Below are positions 11,513 to 19,432 of a stretch of DNA of 52,439 nt, piece after piece. The position numbers and the translations under genes were made by a program. The notes beneath the pieces were generated by a model that worked only from the letters and a program-made list of their open reading frames with translations, did no database searches and had not been told where the DNA came from. Numbering within the stretch: the first letter of the stretch is position 1; each line of letters opens with the position of its first letter. This stretch comes from Gemmatimonadota bacterium (lineage in GTDB: Bacteria; Gemmatimonadota; Gemmatimonadetes; Gemmatimonadales; JACORV01), in NCBI GenBank assembly GCA_016179225.1, contig JACORV010000119.1, positions 1 through 52,439 of the forward strand. The letters run 5' to 3'.

Positions 11513-12406
11513 CTAGAAGCAGTACCGAATCCCCAGGCTGGGATAGTACATGCCGAAGGCGATGCACATTTCGTCCTCGGAGGAGAGGCCCCAGCGCACG
11601 GTGACGCTGTCGTCATTCCGGTAGGTGCACGAGAAGCGCAAGCCCTGGTTCCCCCCGACCACGAGCGGCGCGTCGTCCGGGAACCGTACGACCAGCGGGT
11701 CGTTCCACTGGTAGCTGTCGTACAAGTGCCGGAGCGAGTCGCCGGTGGTCACGTCCACCAAATCCATCCCGAATGCCCGGCCCCGCCGGTGCATGTGCGA
11801 GGCGAGCAGAAAGACGTCCACGCCGGCCGGGAGCGGGCAGGTCTTGCGCGTCGTGTACGTGCTTTGCGGCGGGATCGCGATGTCCTGGTTGAGGAAGAAG
11901 AGAACGTCCGCCCGGTCGCGTACGGCGCCGCTGTCCACGTAGTCCAGATTGACGACCGCTTCGCCGGTGATCGCCGTGTCCGCGCCGTTGATGTAGTGGG
12001 ACTCGAGGATCAGCGAGGAGCCCCGCGATAGCCGCATCGCCACCCCCGGCGGCAGCGCCTGCTCGCTCGCTTCGGTCTGGGCCCCGTAGACGACCGCGCG
12101 CGCGAGATCCATCCGGCAGTCCCCCTGATAAGCGCTCACCGGCACCAGCGACCGATACAGCAGGAAGTGGTGACTGCCCTGGCGCATGCGCGAGACGAAG
12201 CGCTGAACGTCCACGTCCGCGTCCCCAGGGAGCGTGAGGTAGCGGCACTGCGTCTTCTCGCTGTTGGGCGGCACCGGGAAGGGAGCGATCGCAAGCTGCA
12301 CGCCGAAGCCGGGCGCGGGGAGGTCGAGCCCGAGCGGCGCGCCCGAGGGGTCGCCGCCGCAGCCGAGCGTGAGGCCGAGAGCCAGCGCGGCGCAGGCGTG
12401 TCGCAT
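11513..12406 (-). CDS. Lipoprotein with a PHM/DBH-like (copper type II monooxygenase-like) histidine/methionine pattern
   Basis: Start chosen at ATG 12406 (MRHACAALALGLTLGCGG, lipobox-like LTLGC) inside track ORF 11513..12730. His/Met pattern is HH (79-80), H (137), HxH (204/206), M (280). The spacing resembles the CuH/CuM sites of peptidylglycine alpha-hydroxylating monooxygenase. Confidence 0.6.
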   Translation of the reverse strand: MRHACAALALGLTLGCGGDPSGAPLGLDLPAPGFGVQLAIAPFPVPPNSEKTQCRYLTLPGDADVDVQRFVSRMRQGSHHFLLYRSLVPVSAYQGDCRMDLARAVVYGAQTEASEQALPPGVAMRLSRGSSLILESHYINGADTAITGEAVVNLDYVDSGAVRDRADVLFFLNQDIAIPPQSTYTTRKTCPLPAGVDVFLLASHMHRRGRAFGMDLVDVTTGDSLRHLYDSYQWNDPLVVRFPDDAPLVVGGNQGLRFSCTYRNDDSVTVRWGLSSEDEMCIAFGMYYPSLGIRYCF

Positions 12407-12444
12407 CAGTCCAAGCTGATCGTGGGCTCGAGGGGCGTCAAGCG

Positions 12445-14472
12445 TCACCACCGGAATCGCCGCAGGAGCCGCTGTGCGATGGCTCGCGCGCTCGGCTCCG
12501 TCCCCTCGAGGAAGTACTCGGTGTACGAGGCGTCGGTCGAATCGTTCGGCGCCAGTGCGCCGTCGCTGCGGCGCACGCGCACCGCCACCAGGCCCGGCGG
12601 CGGCTGCCATGGGTCCGGCACAGGAAGATGCCGGTAGGCTTCGCGCGCGAACAGGCTCCAGATCGGCGCCGCCAACGTGCCGCCGAAGGCACCGCGGGCG
12701 ATCGTCTGCGGACGGTCGAAGCCTAGCCACACCCCGGCCACCAGGTTCGGCGTGAAGCCCACGAACCAGACGTCCGCATTGTCGTTGGTCGTCCCTGTCT
12801 TGCCCGCCGGCGCTAGGTTGTCCGGGAGGCCGGCGCGCCGAGCCGCCGTACCCGTGCCGCGGTTCACGACGTCCTGGAGGATGTTCACCATCTGAAAGGC
12901 GATGCGCGAGTCGAGCACCTGCACGGGCGAGGGCGGCGGCGCCTCGTAGATAGGCAGGCCGGCGGCGTCTTGAACGAGCGTGACGATGCGCGGGGGCGCG
13001 TAGGCACCGAGGGTGGCAAAGGCGCCGTACGCGCCGATGAGCTCCAGCGGCCGGACGTCAGCCGCGCCGATCGCGGTGGCGGCGAAGGGCGGAATCTCTG
13101 TGGTAAGCCCCAGGCGGCGCGCGGTCGCGATCACCGAGTCCAGGCCGATACCGAGTGCGAGGCGGATAGTGGGGATGTTGATCGAGCGCGAGAGCGCCGT
13201 GCGCAGGGTGACCGGACCACTCCACGATCCGTCAGCGTTCTCCGGCGTCCATCGCGTGCCGTCGCCCTTGGGCAGTGAGAGCGGGGCGTCGCTGATGGTG
13301 GTAGTGGGCAGCACGCCCTGCGCGAGCGCCGTGGCGTACACGAACGGCTTAAACGCCGAGCCTGCCTGACGGCTGCCCTGCGCCGCGCGATCGAACTCAG
13401 AGTCTCGGAAGTCGCGACCGCCGATCAGCGCCAGCACGTCACCCGATCGCGGATCGAGCGCGACGAGCAGCCCCTGGAGGTACGGCGTCCGGGCGGTGCC
13501 AGGCCGGGCCTGCGGCGTGCCGTAGCGCGGCCAGCGGTAGCCCGGCATGCTCTCGACCTGCGCGAGGCCAAGGGCGAGCGCGCGGTTCGCGGCCTCCTGG
13601 AGTGCGGGATCGATGGTGGTCATGACGGTGAGCCCGCCGCTGTTCACGGTGCTCAGCCCGTACCGGTCGACGAGCCACTGCCGTACCCACTCGACCACGT
13701 AGGGGGCGCGCACGCTGAAGCCGTCGTCGGGGACGACCCGCAGGGGCTGGAGCATGGCGGCGCGCAGCTGCGCCTCGGTGATGTACCGCTGGCTCCTCAT
13801 GAGCCGGAGCACGACGTTCCGCCGCTGGAGCGCGCGGTCGGGATGGGCGCGAGGGTCGTAGTCCACCGGGGACTTGGGGAGCGCGGCGAGGGTGGCGGTC
13901 TGCGCAAGCGTAAGCTCCGCCGCGGGCTTTCCGAAGTAATGGCGCGCCGCCGCCTCGATGCCGTACCACCCGTGCCCGAAGTTGATGTAGTTGAGATATG
14001 CTTCCAGGATCTCAGCCTTGGTGTGGCGGCGCTCGAGCGCCCGCGCCAACTCGGCCTCGCGCAGCTTCCGTGAGATCGTGATCTCGCGACGGTCCACTAT
14101 GTCAGGGAACATCGTCCCGACGAGCTGCTGGGTGATCGTGCTGGCGCCCCGCGACCCGAACCCGCGCAGCAGATTGTCCCGAATCGCTCCGACGACGCCG
14201 ATCACGTCCACGCCATCGTGCTGGTAGAAACGGCGGTCCTCGGTCGCGACAAATGCCTGGCCCAGGTGCGGGGGAAGGTCAATGATCCGCACCCAGCTCC
14301 GTGCCTGCGGGCCGATTTCCGCAAGGAGACCGCCCTGGCGGTCGTACACCACGGTGGCGAGCGGTGGCCGGACGATGGTCACCGCGGTGTCCCGCCCCTG
14401 TGCGGCCCCCACGGTGGAAGCGGCCACCAACCATACGGTTGACAGCGCTAGGAGTCGCTCAACGCCACGCAC
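12445..14472 (-). CDS. Class A penicillin-binding protein (glycosyltransferase GT51 plus transpeptidase)
   Basis: GT51 motifs EDRRFYQHDGVD, GASTITQQ, RKLREA. Transpeptidase motifs SAFKPF (SxxK), SRSIN (SxN), KTGTT. GTG start at 14472 overlaps the upstream TetR gene by 14 nt. Confidence 0.9.
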   Translation of the reverse strand: MRGVERLLALSTVWLVAASTVGAAQGRDTAVTIVRPPLATVVYDRQGGLLAEIGPQARSWVRIIDLPPHLGQAFVATEDRRFYQHDGVDVIGVVGAIRDNLLRGFGSRGASTITQQLVGTMFPDIVDRREITISRKLREAELARALERRHTKAEILEAYLNYINFGHGWYGIEAAARHYFGKPAAELTLAQTATLAALPKSPVDYDPRAHPDRALQRRNVVLRLMRSQRYITEAQLRAAMLQPLRVVPDDGFSVRAPYVVEWVRQWLVDRYGLSTVNSGGLTVMTTIDPALQEAANRALALGLAQVESMPGYRWPRYGTPQARPGTARTPYLQGLLVALDPRSGDVLALIGGRDFRDSEFDRAAQGSRQAGSAFKPFVYATALAQGVLPTTTISDAPLSLPKGDGTRWTPENADGSWSGPVTLRTALSRSINIPTIRLALGIGLDSVIATARRLGLTTEIPPFAATAIGAADVRPLELIGAYGAFATLGAYAPPRIVTLVQDAAGLPIYEAPPPSPVQVLDSRIAFQMVNILQDVVNRGTGTAARRAGLPDNLAPAGKTGTTNDNADVWFVGFTPNLVAGVWLGFDRPQTIARGAFGGTLAAPIWSLFAREAYRHLPVPDPWQPPPGLVAVRVRRSDGALAPNDSTDASYTEYFLEGTEPSARAIAQRLLRRFRW

Positions 14473-15061
14473 AGTAGTCCGCCAGGAGCTGCGTGAGGGT
14501 TTGCTCCGATCCTTCTGCCGCGGGATGCGAGCCGGACGCTACATCATCGAGCTCGAGCGCGACCAGGCCGACGGCCGCGGCGGTCGCGACCGCGCTCACC
14601 GCGCGGGGGTCGATGTCGTCTCGGAAATAGCCGCGCCGCTGCCCTTCGGCCACGGTCGTTCTGAGTCGCGTGAGCACGCGATCCCTCCACTCGCGGACCA
14701 GCGCCGCGGCCGCCGCGGGGAAGGCCTGGTCGTTCCGGGCACCTGCTACAATCCCCACGATTCCGGGCGACGCGCGAAGTCCGCTTAGCAGGGCGGTGAC
14801 CGCCGCCTTTATCTCGGCCGCCGGCGACTCGCCCGGGTCGGCCTGCACCTGGAGCCGACCCAACAGGCCGGCGACGGAGGCAGTGAAGAGGCCCTCCTTT
14901 GACTCGTAGTAGTGAAAAAGGAGCTGTTTGTTCACCCCAGCGGCCTCGGCGATGCGCTCGACCCGCGCCCCGGCGTAGCCAGCGGAAGCGAACTCGTCCT
15001 CCGCCGCACGCAGGATGTCTGTCTTTCTCGATCGGCCGTCGCCCGGCACTCGCCCTCTCAA
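14459..15061 (-). CDS. TetR/AcrR-family transcriptional regulator
   Basis: N-terminal HTH ILRAAEDEFASAGYAGARVERIAEAAGVNKQLLFHYYESKEGLF. Start is TTG 15061 or GTG 15049. Confidence 0.85.
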   Translation of the reverse strand: MRGRVPGDGRSRKTDILRAAEDEFASAGYAGARVERIAEAAGVNKQLLFHYYESKEGLFTASVAGLLGRLQVQADPGESPAAEIKAAVTALLSGLRASPGIVGIVAGARNDQAFPAAAAALVREWRDRVLTRLRTTVAEGQRRGYFRDDIDPRAVSAVATAAAVGLVALELDDVASGSHPAAEGSEQTLTQLLADYCAWR

Positions 15062-15073
15062 CCGGTCGGTTGA
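15058..15073. promoter_or_regulatory. Candidate TetR operator: perfect 7-2-7 palindrome TCAACCG-GT-CGGTTGA
   Basis: The palindrome was read directly. It lies at or just upstream of the TetR start (9 nt upstream if GTG 15049 is used). Confidence 0.4.
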
Positions 15074-15194
15074 TTGAACCTAGGCAGCGGCCTACGGATC
15101 GTCAACGCCGCCTGGGAGCAGACCGAGGCATCCCGCTGGAAGATCTTCCAGTTCATGACGGACTCCGTAGCAGGCAAGGGCGAACCAGCGCAAG

Positions 15195-15554
15195 TTAGCC
15201 CGGAGCGGACGTACCTTCCGCCGAGGCGGCGGCGAACGCGCGTACCAAATCCTCGATCATCGACCGAAGCGCCCGCAAGTCGGACTCGGATACGCCGCCA
15301 CCCGAAGCGAGCAGCCGCTGGATCCCCTGCTCGGCCGTGCGACTCCCGTCGCTGATGCCGGGAAAGCCGTACGATCCGCCCGAGCCCGCGAGTTTGTGCA
15401 GCGCCCGCCCCAACTCGTCGAGCGCGGGGCGTTCACCGCACTCGACGCGTTCGAGCAGCGCCCAGAGCTCGGAGATTCGCAGGGGCGCATCCTTCAGGTA
15501 TTCTAAGCGGAGCTTCCGAAGGGCTTCAGCCAACGCGTCGTCGCCAGAGGTCAC
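15195..15554 (-). CDS. Stand-alone Hpt (histidine phosphotransfer) domain protein
   Basis: HKLAGSGGSYGF phospho-His motif in a 119-aa helical protein; GTG start. Confidence 0.75.
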   Translation of the reverse strand: MTSGDDALAEALRKLRLEYLKDAPLRISELWALLERVECGERPALDELGRALHKLAGSGGSYGFPGISDGSRTAEQGIQRLLASGGGVSESDLRALRSMIEDLVRAFAAASAEGTSAPG

Positions 15555-15584
15555 GCGGCTCCCGTTGCGAACGGTCGCAGCAAC

Positions 15585-16295
15585 TTAGGGCCGCCCAGGC
15601 GCCGGGGCGAGTTCGCGGCGCAGGAGGTGCCGGAGAAACGGGACCACGCCTGGGGACCGCGTCGCCATGCCGGATGCTGAGCCGTCCGTACCGATCGTTC
15701 CGCAGACAGCTGCGACGCGATCGGCCACGACAACCATCGGTTGACCACCCCAGTACGAGATCAACTCCTTCCAAGCGACGGAACGGACTGCCGCGTTGCG
15801 CGGCGCCGGCTCGCTCAGAGCCAGGGCACGAACGCTCACGCTTCTGGCGGCCGCGCGCTCGAGCGTTGGATAAAGCGCTGCGGCCCACGGCCCGATCACC
15901 GCGAGCAGCTCGTCGTTGGCCGACGCAACACAGCGATCCGCATGGGAGAGCAGCGACTCCGCGTCGGCGATGGGCTCGAAGCTCGATGCAAATTCACCGT
16001 GGCCTGTGCTGGTGAGCTCCTTCAGGTGCTGCTCGAGCGAGGCCAGATCACGCCGAACGGCGCGCTCGAGCTCCGCCACGAGTGTCGCCGGGGGGACCGG
16101 AATGAAGCGCGGCGGCTTGGCAGCAGTCCGGCGGGCTGCCCCCCTGCGAACCAGGCTCTCGAGGGCCTGATAGGCATTGGCGCGCGCGAGACCAGTGATC
16201 TTGGCTAGGCCGTAACCGGTCGCTGGACCTGATGTTACGAGAGCGGCGTAGGCTCTGGACTCGGTCGCGGTAAAGCCGAAACGCTCGAGGGGCAC
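15585..16295 (-). CDS. TrmB-family transcriptional regulator
   Basis: Winged-HTH N-terminus FGFTATESRAYAALVTSGPATGYGLAKITGLARANAYQALESLVRRGAA; GTG start at 16295. Confidence 0.75.
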   Translation of the reverse strand: MPLERFGFTATESRAYAALVTSGPATGYGLAKITGLARANAYQALESLVRRGAARRTAAKPPRFIPVPPATLVAELERAVRRDLASLEQHLKELTSTGHGEFASSFEPIADAESLLSHADRCVASANDELLAVIGPWAAALYPTLERAAARSVSVRALALSEPAPRNAAVRSVAWKELISYWGGQPMVVVADRVAAVCGTIGTDGSASGMATRSPGVVPFLRHLLRRELAPAPGRP

Positions 16296-16335
16296 TATAG
16301 TAGTAGTTACTAAAGCTACTACGGCAAACTGTCAA
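16296..16335 (-). promoter_or_regulatory. Near-consensus sigma70-type promoter with an overlapping inverted repeat, directly upstream of the TrmB-like gene
   Basis: Minus strand reads TTGACA (16335-16330), 17 nt, TAGTAA (16312-16307), 11 nt, GTG start. GTAGTAG (16300-16306) and CTACTAC (16316-16322) form a 7-bp inverted repeat spanning the -10. The region is an AT-rich island. Confidence 0.55.
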
Positions 16336-16345
16336 CCCCCAAGCG

Positions 16346-17359
16346 CTACATCGCGGTCAGCTCCCAGCCCGCGATGCGAGCAACGAGGGCCATCCGAAAC
16401 GTGACGTCCACGGAGCGCGCTTCCGCGCGCTTGCTGTCGATCTCCAGCGGGAAGGCGTGGTAGGCCCAAGGCGCAACGCGCTTCGGCATGGCGCGGAGGT
16501 TCTTGGGATGCCAGACGCCATCGCTGTCGCTGTCCTTGCGCAGGCGTGACCAGAGCTTGGGCGCGGAGCTGGAGTGGTGGAGCACTCCGAGCCGGGCGAG
16601 TAGCTCGAGCCAGTGCAGCGCGAACGGCAGGTCGTCGGTGTGGCCGGACGCGTTCACGTGCAGCGGGTCGCCGAGGAGCAGGAAGTTGGGCTTCAGCGCC
16701 CTCTTTCCGCAGACCACGGTGAACAGCTTTTTCGGGGGTGCGTTCTCGAGGTAGGTGCCGAGGCGCTCGACCAAGCCGGCGCGCTCCCGCTGGACTGCCG
16801 GCAGGTAGGCCATGAGCGTAACCGAGAACACCGTCGGAGGATAGGCGCGCGGGTGGAGGATCCAGCTGCGCCCGCTCCTCGCAAACGGGTCTGTGGCGAG
16901 TTCGCTCCGCAGGAACTGCGACAGCTCGTTGGCGACGCGGTGCGCCGCGCCGCGCACCCGCGGGTCCTCGCCCAGGCCCGCGTGCGCGAGCGCGGCGGCC
17001 GCGGCCTCCCGGACGACTCCCCGAATCCAGGGCTCAGCGCCCGGCTCCGCGGCCCCGTACTTCTGGTACTCGAAGAGCAGCTTGGGATCGTCATCCCGTG
17101 ACAACAGCCTGAACAGCAGCCGATTCGCCAGCTTGAGCGGCCGGCTCTCGTGATTCAGGCCGAGCTCGATCAGGCGACGGTACTGGTGGATCGTGCCGAC
17201 ATCCTTGATGCCGGCCGCCTTGTTGGGCGCGATACCCAGGAGATTGCCGCCCCAAGCACCGTCATCCTTCTGCTTCCTCACGACCTGTCGGGCTCCGGGG
17301 TACCCGTCCAACTCCGCCCGAAGCGCCTCGAGCTGTGCGACATCGAGGACACCGGACAT
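16346..17359 (-). CDS. Hypothetical protein (possibly alpha/alpha-toroid, prenyltransferase/terpene-cyclase-like repeats)
   Basis: 337-aa ORF with coding-like composition. DGAWGG and DGVWHP repeat-like motifs are the only hints. No confident family assignment. Confidence 0.5.
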   Translation of the reverse strand: MSGVLDVAQLEALRAELDGYPGARQVVRKQKDDGAWGGNLLGIAPNKAAGIKDVGTIHQYRRLIELGLNHESRPLKLANRLLFRLLSRDDDPKLLFEYQKYGAAEPGAEPWIRGVVREAAAAALAHAGLGEDPRVRGAAHRVANELSQFLRSELATDPFARSGRSWILHPRAYPPTVFSVTLMAYLPAVQRERAGLVERLGTYLENAPPKKLFTVVCGKRALKPNFLLLGDPLHVNASGHTDDLPFALHWLELLARLGVLHHSSSAPKLWSRLRKDSDSDGVWHPKNLRAMPKRVAPWAYHAFPLEIDSKRAEARSVDVTFRMALVARIAGWELTAM

Positions 17360-17519
17360 GATCTCCGTTGCCGTACGGTATCGGATAGCCGGGCAGGCGT
17401 TGGCGAGCAGCCACGAAACGGGAACCTGGTGGGACGTGGGGAGCGGGAGAGTCAGGGCGCCGCCTCCTGCCGGTCGGGGTCAAACGGCGCGCAAACTTAC
17501 CTGGTCGCGGGGCGGCGGG

Positions 17520-18455
17520 CTAGTGGGTGTCGGCGGTTCCCTCGCCCGGTAGGCTCGCGAGGAACTCCGCGATGAGGCCTGCCACTTCGGTTGGCCTTTC
17601 GACGTGCGGGCGATGCCAGCTGCGTTCGACGACCCGGAACTCGGCCGTGGGGAGGGAGGCCGCGAGGATACGGCCGCGGCTCACCGACACGGTAGGGTCG
17701 TAGGCGCCCCAGATGATCAGGGTGGGCGTGCGCAGTAGCCGCGCACGCTCGTGGTCGAGGTAGGCGAAGTCGAACTCGCGCAGCACCGCCTGAAGGGCCG
17801 CCAGATAGGCGGGGTCGCCGGACGCACTATACGCTAGGTCGCTGTCGGACTCGGCGAGCCAGGCGGGGTTGTGGGCGCCGGAGAAGCGCATCCGGAGCGC
17901 CACGTATTGCGCGACGCTGTGCCGCACGGCTCGACGTGCCCTCTCGCTCGCGTTCTCGGCGCCGCGCAGCCAGGGCTCTGCGACGACGGCCGGATCCACG
18001 AGGACGAGCCCGCGCACCCGTTCTGGGGCCGTGAGGGCTGCGGCCGCCGCCACCGCGCCGCCGAGCGAGTGCCCTACCAGCACTGCCCGCTCGAGACCCA
18101 GCGCGTTCATGGCGAGAAGAACCTTGGTCGCGAGGGAGTCCGTCGCGTACCCGGTGGCAGGCTTCGATGAAAGGCCGAACCCCGGAAGATCCAGCGCCAC
18201 CACATCGGCCTGCCTGGTGAGCCGGTCGTAGACACCCTCCCATGCCAGGAGAGATTCGCCGTAACCGTGAAGGAGGACCACCGCGGGTCCGGAGCCGGCC
18301 CGAACGGCGCGCAGCCGCAAGCCGGCAGCGGTGACGTACATCGCGCGATGCCGAGGCGGGCGCGACCCTCGTTCCTGAGGCGAAGTCGTCAGGCCGGCGG
18401 CGAGCGCGGCGAGGCCAACCATCAACAGGCGGCGTGGCTTGGACGGAAGGCGCAC
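17520..18455 (-). CDS. Alpha/beta-fold hydrolase (secreted or lipid-anchored)
   Basis: VVLLHGYGES, nucleophile elbow GHSLGG, C-terminal H in SWHRPH; N-terminal signal-like segment. Confidence 0.8.
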   Translation of the reverse strand: MRLPSKPRRLLMVGLAALAAGLTTSPQERGSRPPRHRAMYVTAAGLRLRAVRAGSGPAVVLLHGYGESLLAWEGVYDRLTRQADVVALDLPGFGLSSKPATGYATDSLATKVLLAMNALGLERAVLVGHSLGGAVAAAAALTAPERVRGLVLVDPAVVAEPWLRGAENASERARRAVRHSVAQYVALRMRFSGAHNPAWLAESDSDLAYSASGDPAYLAALQAVLREFDFAYLDHERARLLRTPTLIIWGAYDPTVSVSRGRILAASLPTAEFRVVERSWHRPHVERPTEVAGLIAEFLASLPGEGTADTH

Positions 18456-18459
18456 GATG

Positions 18460-19356
18460 TTATGGTTGGAGCCCGTGGACGCGAAGGCGCGTCAGCACGG
18501 CGTGGCTCCCGAAGCCGCGCTCGGACGTCAGTACTAGGCGTGCGGGTCCGTCGAACGCCACCGCCTCGCCTTGGGCCTCGACGACCGGGATGGGAATGCC
18601 CTCCGGCGGGGTGAGCGGCACGTCGAACGCTTCGCTTCCGCGCTTGAAGAAGTGCAGGCTCACGTACGTGCGCACCACGAGTACGTCTCCGTCCGGCGAG
18701 AGCGCAGCGCCGGTGACGAGCCGACCTCGCACCAGATCAACCGAGACGGGCAGGGCGAGCGAGCGCTCGAGAACGACGGCGCCACCCTCGCCCGACCTCG
18801 CCCGGAAGAGCGAAGCCTCGCCGAAAAAGTCCTTTGTCACGAGCAGCAGCGCGCCTCCACGGTCCACGGCGAGGGCCTCCGCGTCGCGCGGATGATCGGG
18901 GTAGCGAAGCACGATGGAGTCCAGCACCGGTGCGATGCGGAGCGTGTCGGCCGGCGAAGAAGGCGGCTCCGGCTCCGGCACCCGGTAGATCACGAGGTAG
19001 GGCCGCGACGCGCGGTTGTCGCCGATGTCGGCCACGTAGAGGCAGGTTTCCGCGGAGACGACGCAGGGTGCGATCGCCAGGTCTTCCCAGTCCACGTTCC
19101 GGGCACCCGCCACGCGCACAAAGCCGAGATCCCTGCCCGTGGAGTCGGTGGCGTACAGCACGGCGTCGTCACCGGAATCGTTCAGAGTCCAGTACACGCC
19201 TGGTTGCCGGTGGCTCGGGGCGACGCCGGAGCTCTCGGTAAGTCGCGGCGCCGCCAGCACCGCGGTGTCGAGCAGCGTGACTCGGGGCCGCTCCTGGGCC
19301 GCGGCGCCGCCCACGCAGGCCAGGGCCGCGGCGGCGAGGATGGTCTGCCGTGCCAT
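18460..19356 (-). CDS. Secreted hypothetical protein, probably a beta-propeller (phytase-like/SdiA-regulated-like)
   Basis: Signal peptide MARQTILAAAALACVGGAAAQ. Motifs ESSGV..WTLNDSGD..DWEDLA and repeated beta-strand patterns. The family call is tentative. Confidence 0.5.
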   Translation of the reverse strand: MARQTILAAAALACVGGAAAQERPRVTLLDTAVLAAPRLTESSGVAPSHRQPGVYWTLNDSGDDAVLYATDSTGRDLGFVRVAGARNVDWEDLAIAPCVVSAETCLYVADIGDNRASRPYLVIYRVPEPEPPSSPADTLRIAPVLDSIVLRYPDHPRDAEALAVDRGGALLLVTKDFFGEASLFRARSGEGGAVVLERSLALPVSVDLVRGRLVTGAALSPDGDVLVVRTYVSLHFFKRGSEAFDVPLTPPEGIPIPVVEAQGEAVAFDGPARLVLTSERGFGSHAVLTRLRVHGLQP

Positions 19357-19432
19357 GGGTCGCGCAGCTTACCCGCTTCGCGTGGGGGTCGCAATCCTTG
19401 CCCGTCCGCGCCCGGCCCGGCATTTTCTCAGG

